Shown here: positions 1-12,585 of the stretch, one piece after another | Numbering within the stretch: position 1 is the stretch's first letter | Layout of the letters: the number at the start of each line of letters is the position of its first letter | From: Eledone cirrhosa | Lineage: Eukaryota | Length of the DNA: 64,000 nt | Direction: 5' to 3' | NCBI GenBank assembly: GCA_964016885.1 | Contig: OZ024741.1 | Span: 337,404,001 to 337,468,000, forward strand | Position numbers and translations under genes: made by a program | The notes under the pieces: generated by a model | Told to the model about the DNA's origin: nothing | Seen by the model: the letters and a program-made list of their open reading frames with translations, nothing else | Database searches by the model: none

Positions 1-240
1 TATGTTGTGTTAGGAAGGGTAATAGGCCATTGAAAATATACCAAATATTAATTGTAGAAGCAAGACATGTCTCTCTAAGCCTGGGAGGATAGTAACTGTG
101 AATATGAACTGACTTACACAAAAAAAACACATCCAAACCATGCAAGTATGGAAAGTGAATATAAAATAATGGTATTCATCAAACTCATATATATCATCAT
201 CATCATAATCATCATCATAATTATTATTTAAACTTGTCTT

Positions 241-335
<95 letters not shown>

Positions 336-433
336 ATCATGGATTGTTTGCCATCCCCAAACCAAATCTATCCTCTATTCCCCGTGTTGTTTTCGCCGTA
401 ATTCTGTTATCGTATAAAACTAATTTTGCAATC

Positions 434-507
434 AACACCTGAAGAAATCGCCTAAGACTTGCATCATGATCAGATGATCAAACTGGGCCATGAAATACGT
501 ATAGTTA
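434..507 (+). ncRNA. Decayed type I hammerhead ribozyme
   Basis: CTGAAGA (439-445) ... GAAA TACGTA TA (492-503), palindromic stem III; stems I and II imperfect. Confidence 0.45.
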
Positions 508-593
508 AATTTTAAAGAATGTTTCCAGTCTGGCCTTCTGTTGTTTTTAATTGAGTATGATGATGATGATGATGATATATATATATATATCAG

Positions 594-643
594 GGCTTCC
601 TGATGATTTCTCCTGAATGAAACAGTTCTAGTCCTGAGAAGCC
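594..643 (+). ncRNA. Type I hammerhead ribozyme with cleavage triplet damaged
   Basis: GGCTTC-CTGATGA-tttctcctgaat-GAAA-CAG ttctagtc CTG-a-GAAGCC; stem I 6 bp; U of GUA missing; same family as 57086-57137. Confidence 0.6.
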
Positions 644-779
644 ATTTCTATATTAAATATATGTGTATCTTCCTCACATTAAATAGGTGAATTCCAATTA
701 TATATATATGATGATGATATGTATAGACACACACATAGATATTTGTATATCTATATATCTGTCATTCTTTCTATTATTA

Positions 780-1170
780 CAAAATAATTGTTTACACAAA
801 AACGCAGTTTATAAATGCACAGTTAAAACTAGAGACAAAATATTTAACTATATTGGTGCGACTTCAACAAAATTCAAAGAACGCTGGAATAACCATAAAC
901 ACACATTTAAGAGATCCGATAAAAAATCTTCTACTTCACTTTCACATCTAATTTGGAACTTAAAAGACAACAATATAGACTATTCAATATCTTGGAGAAC
1001 GATTTCGAAAGCACCTGCATACCGAAATATGGCTTTCTCAAGATTCTGTAACTTGTGTATCGAAGACATTTTTTATATAATTAACTGTCACAAACTCTAT
1101 TAATCTTAGAACAGAATTATTTTCTTCTTGCAGACATCACCAAAATTCCACATTCAGAACTATTTTTAAT
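780..1170 (+). pseudogene. Penelope-like element GIY-YIG endonuclease, C-terminal fragment
   Basis: CLHKNAVYKCTV..YIGATSTKFKERWNNHKHTF..STSLS..IW..CNLCIED, then frameshifted LNLRTELFSSCRH; typical PLE endonuclease motifs. Confidence 0.85.
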
Positions 1171-1904
1171 TTATAATATTCCTAGACATCTTCAAAATGA
1201 TCCTATCATCTTTAAAATTTTTAATGTAAATTTTTTTTTTTTTTTTTAAATATTTTATATATTTTTAATATTTTTAATATTTCTAATTTTTTAAATATTT
1301 CTAATATTTTTTTTTTAATATTTCTAATATTTTTTTAATATTTCGAATATATTTTTTTAATATTTCGAATATTTTTACCTTTTAACATTAATTTTTTTAA
1401 TATATATATTTTTAATATATACTGTATATATATATTTTTGAATATTTTTAATTCTGACATTATTTTCCTAATGACACCCCTCTAAATATATTTTTTTAGA
1501 TGTAGATTGATAATCTTTAATTGACATTCTGAAAATGTATCCCCTTTACGATAGTTCTTCGAAATGCACATTACGTTTTGCCTCTCTTTTTAATATTCAA
1601 ACTTTCACACATCTTTCGACTAAAATAATTAATCTCACACGAAATAATATATAATTTTCTCTATATATTTTCTGAGTAAATCACTCATCAAATTTAACGG
1701 TTAACAAACAAAATTGGAGTTATCTTTCCTTTCTCAATAGTGCAAACATAAACATATTATGTACGATAATCTATCTGTTAGACCCGCAGTGACTAACAAC
1801 AGAATGTTTTAAGTCTGCGTGTCTGACATATATGCGTAGCTTGTGAATAAAAAATTCAAGGGGTGCCGCTGGCCGTGGTGATGATCGCTGCCAAACATGT
1901 TTTG

Positions 1905-2138
1905 TAATGTATCGTCTTATTGGCTAATGTCATCGTCTTATTGGCTAATCAACCAACGAGAGTAATTGTTACTCAAAAGCATCCGCCATTTTGTTTGCAC
2001 GTTTATTTATCGCTTCGCTTTCGAATCTTCCTCCTGTATTTCGTCGTTTATCATCAAAATATTTTTCTCGGTTTGGTAAGTTATATTGTTAATTTATATA
2101 TGATTTTTTAAATTCATATTAACTATTTTTTTTTTCAG
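1905..2138 (+). promoter_or_regulatory. Putative PLE pseudo-LTR promoter with short GT-AG intron
   Basis: Duplicated ATTGG (reverse CCAAT) at 1905-1949, YY1-like CCGCCATTTT at 1983, donor GTAAGT at 2076, T-tract acceptor TTTCAG ending 2138. Confidence 0.35.
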
Positions 2139-2503
2139 TTCGTTATAACATGCTTATAATATTGGTTGTATCATATTTACTTGTATATTTGTCCATATTA
2201 TTGTTCGTTTTATGTTAGATTATTTTATTATTATTATGTTAGACTATTTGTATGTAATATTTAATTTTTATTAATTCAACTATAACAATTATTATGTAAA
2301 ATATATTTATTTAATATTGATTGTTTTGTGTAGTTGTTTATATTAAAAGTCTGAAAATATTTTTATACATCTTACAATAATATTTATAAGATCATTTATA
2401 AAATAACAATTATATAATCTAATTACATTACAACGATAATTTATTATTAATATATATCATTTTAACTAGAGTTATTACAAGCGTTGCCTTAAACAAATAT
2501 TGA

Positions 2504-2927
2504 ACTAGACCTGAAAAATGCGCAAGCTCAAAAGAGCCATAGAATGTTATAATAAACCTTCAAAAGTGTGGGACTAGAGTTGTTGCTCAAAAATATTGTA
2601 ATCATTATCTATCGTACACACTGTGGCATCCTTTTATAAAAAAAGAGACTCATAACGAACTCAAGACGACACGATAATTATTTAAGGGAATTTATAATAT
2701 AGAATTCGGTTTAAGTGCATTTCGTATTAATCATTACTAAACATCTAATATGAGATATTGAACATTAGCTTAAATAATTATCGTGTCGTCTTGAGTTCAT
2801 TATGAGTCTCTTTTTTTATAAAAGGATGCCACAGAGTGTACGATAGATAATGATTACAATATTTTTGAACCAAAACTTTATTATAACATTCTGTGGCTCT
2901 TTTGAGCTTGCATTTTTCAGGTCTAGT
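2504..2927. mobile_element. Fold-back/MITE-like element
   Basis: About 160-180 bp inverted arms (ACTAGACCTGAAAAATGC ... GCATTTTTCAGGTCTAGT) around an ~80 bp spacer. Confidence 0.75.
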
Positions 2928-3551
2928 ATAGCTTCGCTAAATAAACAATATTCTGAAAACATTTTCAATGTTGAACAAAATATTCGAATCTACAAATTGT
3001 TCTCCTCTCACAACTTGAACCACCTATTTTTTTTTAATGTAAAATACAAAATCAACATTATTCGTAACTCATATTAGAAATATAAACAACTAATAATTGT
3101 AAATTATTTCTATTTCTGTACATGCACAATTATTAATCTATATAGATATTTATATACATTTAACCTATTGTAATGTAATAAGATAAAAATACTTACAACC
3201 ATAATTCTTCATATAATCTAATTGATTATATATACAATATTATAACTCTGGAATCATATTCCACCTTTTCCTACGCATACATACACATATCATAATTATT
3301 TAAATTCTCCATAGCGTCTAAAATAATGTTGTTTTTTTTTCAGCCCTTTACCTCAACTTCATTTTCATACTCATCTTAATAATTTGAAATATCTGACTTT
3401 TCTTCTCTTATCGCTTCACTATCCAAGTAAAACTTGAACCGTTAAGGTATTTTTCTTGGTTATGTCAAAATTTATAAAACACACTTCGTATTTTATTTTA
3501 TGAAAGCGTACCAAAGTTTTGGTACCCTTGAAATATATATAATAGAATAAA

Positions 3552-5593
3552 GTCATACGTCAAGACAGGCGGTCTCAAAAGTGAAACTAATTTTTGACAG
3601 TTACGATTGTGAATTTGTTTGTTTTTTTACAACAAGTCTCAATAGTGAAAGTATAATGCAGACACGCAATTGTATGGATTTCTTAATATATATATATATA
3701 TGTGTGGGTGTGTATATGTGTGTATATATATGTGTGTGTGTATGTATATATATATATATATATGTGTGTGTGTTTGTATATATATATGTGTTTGTGTCAT
3801 CATTATCGTTTAACGTCTATCTTCCACGCAAGCATGGGTTTAGACGTATATATATGTTTGTGTGTATATATGTGTTTGTGTGTATATATATGTGTGTTTG
3901 TGTGTATATATATGTGTCTGTATATATATATATATGTGTATGTATATATATATATTTATGCACACATACACATTTGTATGAATTTGTAGATGTATATATA
4001 TATGCATGTACACAATTGTATGGGTTTTTTTTAAATAATGACATTGTGTGTTGAAAGAAAGAAATATTGAAAATCCTTATTACACCCTATAAATAGCTGA
4101 AATACAGTTGATCATCTCGCCAAACTTGTTGGCACCAACTCTCTGTCCCCAAAGAAATTAAGGTAGGGTCATAAGAAGGACAGAGAATGATAAGGGATTT
4201 GGGTCAGAGGGGCAGCTTGGGGGGTCAGAAAGGCAGATTGGCGTCAGAAGGGCTGGGAAAATTTTAATTTTTTTAAACGAAGCACCGAAGGGCTGGATTC
4301 TAATACAGTGTCACATCAAATATGGCTGGACGAGTGTATGGTCGCGTTACCTTAGTTGAAGATATTTTGGATACCAATGCCATTATTAATCGTTTTGAAA
4401 CAGTGTATACACTGTGTCCGGCGATACACGGTGACACGTTGTGTATGTTACAGTGGTTGGCGAGTCGGCGTCTGTTGACGAACAGTATGAATTGTCCTGT
4501 CTGCAATGAGGCGTGCACATTGCAAAGATATTCTGAGGGGATTGATAAATGGAGATGGCGATGCGGCCGCGACAAATTTAGTCAATCGGTGCGACGGAAT
4601 TCTATATTTTATCGAAGCCGTGTTCGACTCGAACACCTTATTGGCATTATCTATATGTGGTGCTACGATCATGCCCAAACTGAGATGATGAGAGAAACAG
4701 GACTTAGCAAGCCGACAATTATAGACTGGTGCAATTTCCTTAGAGAAATTTGTGAGCAGTATTTGGAGGCGAATCCTCAACAGCTTGGAGGATTCGATGA
4801 GAATGGTTCGTCGATCATTGTAGAGATCGACGAATCAAAATTCTTTCATAGAAAGTATCATCGTGGCCACTGGGTCTTCGGCGCTGTAGAACGCCATTCT
4901 GGACGCTGCTGCCTCATCGAAGTCCCAGATCGAAGCCGTGAGACTCTTGTCCCCATCATACAGCAATGGATTTTGCCAGGAAGCCACATCATGTCCGATG
5001 GTTGGGCTTCCTATTCGGATATTGAAGACATTCAAGGTGGCATTTACCTCCATGATGTTGTTGTGCACCAACGGAACTTTGTAGATCCTGAAGACCCTAA
5101 TGTGCACACACAACTCATAGAGAACACATGGAGCCGTGCAAAGAAAAAGCTTCGTCGCCAGCATGGGACAAACGATGCTTTATTCCCCTCATATTTAGCT
5201 GAATTTCTTTGGCGGCAGAGAGTTGGTGCCGACAAGTTTGGCGAGATGATCAACTGTATTTCAGCTATTTATAGGGTCTAATAAGGATTTTCATAAGGTA
5301 CGTCAATTTATATTTTATATGCAACAAACGTATAACTATGTAGTTATTTAAAAAAAATGTATTTCTTTCAACACACAATGTCATTATTTAAAAAAAAAAA
5401 TTCCGTACACACAATACACAAAAAAAGAAAAAAAAAAAAAAATCACGTACACGCAATACTAATTAACACCATATCACTATAGAGACCTGTTGTAAAAAAA
5501 ACAAACAAATTCACAATCCAAATTGAAAGTAATCACTTACGTAACTGTCAAAAATTAGTTTCACTTTTGAGACCGCCCGTCTTGACGTATGCC
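3552..5593 (+). mobile_element. Merlin (IS1016/ISXO2-like) DNA transposon, complete
   Basis: TIRs GTCATACGTCAAGACAGGCGGTCTCAAAAGTG / CACTTTTGAGACCGCCCGTCTTGACGTATGCC; 9-bp TSD TAGAATAAA at 3543-3551 and 5594-5602. Confidence 0.93.
4322..5281 (+). CDS. Merlin/ISXO2-like DDE transposase (319 aa)
   Basis: N-terminal CPVC..WRC zinc ribbon; VEIDESKF, IMSDGW and NVHTQLIENTW catalytic D, D, E motifs; uninterrupted ORF. Confidence 0.9.
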   Translation: MAGRVYGRVTLVEDILDTNAIINRFETVYTLCPAIHGDTLCMLQWLASRRLLTNSMNCPVCNEACTLQRYSEGIDKWRWRCGRDKFSQSVRRNSIFYRSRVRLEHLIGIIYMWCYDHAQTEMMRETGLSKPTIIDWCNFLREICEQYLEANPQQLGGFDENGSSIIVEIDESKFFHRKYHRGHWVFGAVERHSGRCCLIEVPDRSRETLVPIIQQWILPGSHIMSDGWASYSDIEDIQGGIYLHDVVVHQRNFVDPEDPNVHTQLIENTWSRAKKKLRRQHGTNDALFPSYLAEFLWRQRVGADKFGEMINCISAIYRV

Positions 5594-5658
5594 TAGAATA
5601 AATATGATTTTATAAATATAGTTTCCATTTATTTAATATCATTGTATATATATATATA

Positions 5659-8600
5659 TCATCATCATCATCATCATCATTTTACGTCCGCTCTTCCCTG
5701 CTCGCAAGGGTGGGACGGGTCTTATTCAGCACAGCATCTCTCCACTCGTCACGGTCCTTCGTCATCTCCACCGTGAGCTTCAACGATCTGAGGTCTGTTC
5801 TCACCACCTCCGCCCATGATTTTCGTGGTCTACCTCTACCATGTCTTCCTTCAACTCGCATTTTCTGGCACTTCTTCACCCATCGGTCATCCTTCATGCG
5901 CATCACATGTCCATACCACCTCAGTCTCCTCTCCCGTACACTACATTATATCCCTCTCAGACAGTTTCTCTCTCAACACATTCATGCTGGGTCGTTCATG
6001 CACATTTACACTGCACATCCAACGGAGCATGCTTGCCTCATTTCTCTCCAGCCGTCGCATATCCTCTGCAGTTGCTGCCCATGTCTCACTGCCATGCAGC
6101 ATCGCGCTCCTCACACAGGCATCATACAACCGGCCTTTCGTACGCAGGGAGAAACCCTTCTTCGTCAGCAGAAGAAGCAGCTCCCTAAACTTCTTCCAAC
6201 CCGTCCTTATTCTAGATAATATGACCTAGGAACACCCTCCTCCCTTGCTAATCTGATCTCCTAGGTACCGGAAGCTACCACCACTTCTATAGCACCCTCC
6301 TGCATTTGAAAAATGTGTCTATCAATGCGATTTCTACTGTCTAATTTCCCTGTACATCTACTGCATACATATTTCTCCCTACCTGTTAGTTTGCCTGCTA
6401 TCCCGCTACATCTCTTGTGTACCCAGGATCTGCATTGTGTGCATTTTATAGAATTTATGCTAGTTCCTTTTCTGCATATCGAACATGGCCATTTCCCTGA
6501 CGGAATCAGAGTTTTGTCCTCTTTTCTACTCATCAACACTTTTGTCTTAGCTAGGTTCACTCTCAATTCTCTTGCTTCCAACTTCTGTTTCCATAGCCAG
6601 AATTTATTCTCTAGCTCCTCTACTGATTCTGCTATAAGAACCAGATCGTCAGCATAGAGAAGTTCCCATGGACAGCCAGTCTTAAACTCCTCTGTTATGG
6701 CTTGGAGGACTATAATGAACAAGAGTGGGCTGAGGACCGAACCTTGATGTACTCCTACTTGTATTTCCTCACTAAACTCCATTCCTACCCTGACTTTACT
6801 GTGAGTACCTCTGTACAAAGTTTGCACTGTCCTCACAAGCCATTCCTCAACACCTAGTTTCCTTAGGGACCACCAGATGACAGATCGGGGTACCCTATCA
6901 AAGGCCTTCTCTATGTCAACAAAGGCTAAGTATAGTGGCTTATTTTTCTCTAAGAACCTCTCTTGCAATTGTCTCACCAAGAAGAGGGCATCTGTTGTAC
7001 TTTTCCCAGGCACAAAATCAAACTGCATCTCATCTAGTTTGACCCTTTCTCTAATTAGTTGTGCTAATATCCTTTCTGCCACTTTCATAACCTGATCCAT
7101 CAGTTTTATACCCCTATAATTGCTCCTCTCCAAAGCATCCCCTTTACCTTTGTAGCAATTTATGAGAATACTGCTGCACCAGTCTTTGGGTATGACACCG
7201 CCATATATAGCCTGATTGATGATGCGTGCAACCAGTTTAGTGCCTACGTCCCCTGATGTCTTCAGCATCTCAGCAACTATTCCCGATGATCCAGCAGCCT
7301 TACCATTTTTCATTTCCTTAATCGCTTCTTGGACCCTATATTCGTCAATCTCAATAGCTGGTCCCTCTGTCGGATCTACTAAGGGTAATTTCTCTCTCTC
7401 CCATTCGTTCTCCACATTCATCAGTCTCTCATAATGACATTTCCAGGCCTCCTTTTTCTGATCATTCGTGACACTAAGTACACCGGCATCATCCCGGACA
7501 CATTTATCTCCAACAACATCCTGATTTGCATTGACACACTGCCTTGCAATGTGGAACACCGCACGCCCCTGATCTTCCCGGCGCAGAACATTGGCAAACC
7601 TCCTACTCTCCGCCTCCCTGCGTATTAATACACCTGATGTCTAGCTTCTCTCTTAACGGCTGTATATTGTTCCCTACTCCCACCCTTTTTCCAAGCCTTC
7701 CATGCTAGTCTTTTGTCTCTAATGGCCTTATCTACGGTGCTGTTCCACCACCAGGTCACTCTCTGTCTGGTTGGAGCTCTGCTCCAGCCACAAGTTTCAT
7801 CAGTAGCCTGCAGCAAGTTGTCACGTAAGAAATTCCAGTTATTATCTATGTCATACGTCTCTACATCGTCTTCTTTTTCGTCATATACATCTTGAAGGGC
7901 TTTCCTAAAGTTGTATTTTAGTGAAAGGTCTTTTAGCTTCCAGACCTTTCTTCTCCACACCTTCCTGTATGTCTCATTCCATCTCTTGCTTACTGAGATA
8001 TCACTAACGACTAACCTATGCTGTGGGGTACATTCTTCCCCAGGGTATGCCATGGTATTAGACACTTTCTGCCTGTCCCGCTGCCTAACTAGTAAGAAGT
8101 CAATCTGGCTTATGTGCTCGCCAGATTTGTAGGTTATTAGATGATTGGCAGGTTTCTGGAAGTTTGTGTTGCAAATAGTCAGTGTACTTGCATCACAAAA
8201 TTCAAGAAGTCTCACTCCTTCTTTATTTCTTGAGCCGTAACCGTGCCCACCATGTACCCCAGTGTAACCATCCTGGAGCTGTCCAACATGACCATTGAAG
8301 TCCCCTGCTAGCATAACGATGTCTCCATCCTCTGTCATTGCGGTAGTTTATAAAAGTTGCTCGTAAAAGCAGTCTTTCTCATCTTTGCCTAGGCCTGTTT
8401 GGGGAGCATAGGCAGAGATGATTGTCAGTAGTCTCCTGCCTACAACTAATCTAAGCTTAATTATTCGATTACTAACTCGAACTACCTCTATTGTCTTATT
8501 GATCCATCTCTCAGCCAGGAAAATGCCTATTTCCCCTAACCCATCATCCTTACCTACCCAGAAAAGCTTATAGCTAAGATGTTTGCCTACGACTAGTCTC

Positions 8601-8880
8601 GCATAGGCACCTCTCCATCTCACCTCTTGCACGCAGCACACATCCACATGCCTTCTCTCCAGCATCTCCGCTATTTCAGCAGATCTACCTCCGAGAGTGC
8701 CAACATTAAGTGTTGCAACTCTGAGATGCGACGTCTTCATATTTTGTTGTTGTTCCTATTTGTTACTGTGCTGATAAGCGTTTTGGCATTGATACACTGG
8801 TTGTATGCCTTTCCTAACACCAGCGCCACTTTACAGCATGGACTGGGTGCTTTTATTTGTGCCACCAGCACTAGAGAGGA
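5659..8880 (-). mobile_element. RTE-clade LINE, near full length, frameshifted
   Basis: APE endonuclease (TLNVGTL, VQEVRW, GDFNGH) at 8740-7625; RT (HQGSVLSP, YADD) at 7559-6261; GRGRPRKSW C-terminus; (ATG)n tail; putative 5' UTR at 8741-8880. Confidence 0.93.
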
Positions 8881-9063
8881 TGTCTTACTAGACTCAAGGG
8901 CCCTCTCTACCCCTCCATTTTACAGCATGGTCATAAAAAAACCCACTTATTGACACGACGCACACACACACACTCACACACCAACACTCATGCATACAAA
9001 CTACAAACACACACGCCACTCACACACCAACACTCATTCATGCATACAAACACACACACCACT

Positions 9064-9106
<43 letters not shown>

Positions 9107-9568
9107 CCGGCAGTACTGATACAAAATCAAAATCATGTCAACTGTTGACTTTTCCCAGTCCAGTTCAGTTTTTATATAATAATAATAATAATTGTTTGCT
9201 TTACGCTGGTAATGGTGATGGTGGTGGTGGTGGTGAATTGGTGGTGGTGATGGTGGTTGATCGTGCCAGTGATGGTGGTGGTGGTGGATAGTGTCAGTGA
9301 TGGTAGTGGTGGTGGTGGATGGTGTCAGTCATGGTGATGGTGGTGGATAGTGTCAGTGATGGTGGTGGTTGAGGCGGTGGATGTGTCAGTGATGGTGATG
9401 GTGGTGGTGGTGCGATGGTGGTGGATGGTGCTAGTGATGGTGGCGGTGGTAGTAGTGGTGGTGGTGAAGGTGGTGGATGGTGTCAGTATGGTGGTGGTGG
9501 TGGATGGTCAGTGATGGTGGTGGCAGTTGTTGTTGCTGTCGTTGTTATTGTAGTTGCTGTTGTTGTTG

Positions 9569-9597
<29 letters not shown>

Positions 9598-9600
<3 letters not shown>

Positions 9601-10230
9601 ATCATCATTATCACCATCGTTTAACGTCCATCTTCCGTGCTAGCATGGGTTGGACAGTTTTGTCCCACTTGAGGAAAGATTGGCCAGGAGATCATGTCTC
9701 ACTCATACAGAAGTATTTCTGGCAGGTTATCTACACCTGTGTGCCCTTCCTAACACCAACCACATTTGCAGTGTGAACTTGGAGCCTTCTTACCGTGTCT
9801 CCGACACAACCACACTACAGTGTGGACTGGGTGCTTTTTGTTGTGTCACCTACACGACCACTTTACAGTGGACAGAAGTGGGAGGATGGAGTAGGGGATA
9901 GGGTGGGGTGTATATTGGTTTAAGAGGTGCCTACTGACTGTAGGTTTAAGTTTGTATGCAAGGGAAGGTGGGTCTTCTGTATAACTGCATGGCACCAAAG
10001 ATCTCGATCCAGTGACATTGACTTAGAGAGGGGTAAGTGAGCAAGGTCAGTTTTTATCACCTCATCCCAGGTTTTTCTTGGTCTACCCACTCCATAGCTT
10101 CCAACAATTTTGATCGCTCTGCACTTTTTTATACAGCTGTTGTCCTTCATACGCATCACATGTCCATACCAACGTAATCTCCTATCCAGCACACAACATT
10201 TGATACCTCTTATGCTTAGTCTCTCTCTCC
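9598..10230 (-). mobile_element. 5'-truncated RTE LINE with extended 3' UTR
   Basis: [22 protein letters not shown] end, CCCTTCCTAACACCAAC module, (ATG)n tail. Confidence 0.85.
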
Positions 10231-10259
10231 AGATATATGTGCGTGTGTGGAAATATATA

Positions 10260-10578
10260 TGACCATGGTTTTGCACCTAGAAACTTTCTCTCCAAGACAC
10301 AAGCCTGAGCAAGGTTTGTTTTGTGGAAGAGCAGCAGTCGCCTCCCATGCATACCAGTCTCCCCTCTCCATGCAACAGATGTTGTCCAAGGGTAGGACAA
10401 TGACCGATACAACTTGGCACGAGTGATGTCACAACTCATTTCTACAGCTGAGTAAACTGGAGCAACGTGAAATAAAGTGTCTTGCTCAAGGACACAATGC
10501 ATCACCCGGCCCGAGAATTGAACTCACAACTTCTCAATTGCAAGCCCAAGGCTCTAACTGGTAAGCTATGCGACTTCA
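10260..10578 (-). mobile_element. tRNA-derived CORE-like SINE
   Basis: Degenerate A/B-box head, then GTGTCCTTGAGCAAGACACTT core on the minus strand; head and core recur elsewhere in the window. Confidence 0.75.
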
Positions 10579-10630
10579 ATTCGTTTATATATATATATAT
10601 ATCCCTCTATCTCTTTTATATGTGTGTGAC

Positions 10631-10686
<56 letters not shown>

Positions 10687-10899
10687 GAGACAGAAATTGA
10701 TAGATAGAGAGAGTTAGGGAGAGATAGTAAGTCATGCATAATAAATTAATAATTGATTGTATATTTAATCAACGTTTATCACTTACACAGATTGTTTTTT
10801 AACCTTTATCTCTTCTCTCACCCACCCTATCCTTCTTTCACTCACATGCACATTCTATTATATTAATCACTGTCTAAAATTTCTTATATATATCTCATC

Positions 10900-10901
10900 C
10901 C

Positions 10902-10976
<75 letters not shown>

Positions 10977-11134
10977 ACTACTACTGCTGCTGCTACTACT
11001 ACTATTACTGCTGCTGCTGCTGCTGCTACTGCTGCTGGTGCTGCTGCTGCTACTACTACTGCTGCTGCTGCTGCTGCTACTACTACTACTGCTACTATTA
11101 CTACTACTACCACCACCACTAGTACCACCATACC

Positions 11135-11177
<43 letters not shown>

Positions 11178-11196
11178 ACAACAACAACAACAACAA

Positions 11197-11245
<49 letters not shown>
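10900..11245. repeat. (CTG)n/(CTA)n/(CAA)n/(TA)n compound microsatellite
   Basis: Directly visible. Confidence 0.95.
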
Positions 11246-11248
<3 letters not shown>

Positions 11249-11559
11249 TCTCCACATGGTTTCCAAGCCCCCAACCAATATTAAGAAGTTTTCCTAGCTC
11301 TGACTGAGAGAGAGGGAGAGAGAGAAGGAGAGAAAGAATGAGAAAAGGAGAGAAAGAAAGAGATAGAGAGAAAAAGAGAGAAGAGGGAAAACTATGTTGT
11401 TTATTTTATTTTGTATTTATAATTGTTTTAATTTTCTAATTAGGCCAGGGGCTGGGGGGGTATGCCCAGTTTTTGACAAGCAGTAACTTCTTCCCTAGGT
11501 CTTCTTAGTCATACAACCATATTATATATCTCTCTCTATCTCTCTCTCCTCTTCCCAAC

Positions 11560-11605
<46 letters not shown>

Positions 11606-11611
11606 CCCAAC

Positions 11612-11705
<94 letters not shown>

Positions 11706-12186
11706 CAAACTGCCATCTTTCACTGCTGTGACATTTATTCCTCATCTCTTGGACAATCAACACAGTCTCTCCATTCCTCTGAAACAATAACTTCTTCATC
11801 TTAACATCAAAAATATCTTCTCTGTTTTTATATCCACTTCCTTCCATTGTCATTCTGCTTGAATAATTTACTTTTTCTTCATCAATTTTAAACATTCTTT
11901 TCACTTTTAATCTAAAGAAAAGAAAACAAAGCAAAACAATGTTGATTTTTTTAAAGCTTCACTCACAGAAGTTGATTCAGTATCCAATAGGTAACAGTAA
12001 CAACTATCACTACCATTAACAAGAGGAAGGCAACGACAGCAACAGTGACAATAACAACAACACCAGCAACAAAACAACATATATGTGTATACAACACCAT
12101 CATCATACCAGCAATCACCACACGATAATACTATTACTACTGCCACTACTAATTAGAAATCATCAGTACACGGATCTTATGTTTAA

Positions 12187-12585
12187 TCATCATCACCGTT
12201 TTACGTCCATTTTTCTACGCTAGCATGGGTTAGATGGGTTGTCCTGTTGTGGGTAGTGTCCGGTCGGCTGACCTCATCTTGTTCATATGGGAACAGATTT
12301 TGGCTTGATTTCTACAGCTGGATGCCCTTCCTAACACCAACCTCCTTTACAGTGAGTGGTGGGTGCTTTTTTTCCATGGCGCCTACACAACTTAACAATG
12401 TGGGCTGGATGCTTCCTGTCGTGACACCTACATGACCACTTTACAGTGTGGGCTGGGTGATTTTTGCAGTGGGAGGGGGTGGGGGCATATTGTCTATATG
12501 CTTCAGCTTTGGCTTGTACCCATGGGAAGTTAGGTCTTCTGTATTACTACGTGATGCCAGAGGTCACGGTCCTGTGTAATCGCTT
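12187..12585 (-). mobile_element. RTE 3' end / RTE-derived short element
   Basis: Homologous to the starts of 29001-30147 and 50251-53457. Confidence 0.8.

Noticed and set aside
4322-5281. Bacterial IS1595 contamination
   Set aside because: Embedded with TSD among eukaryotic repeats; fits the eukaryotic Merlin superfamily
5710-8132. Plus-strand ORFs over the RTE (likewise at 22316, 29548, 50682, and on the minus strand at 60481)
   Set aside because: Antisense shadows of the RTE ORF
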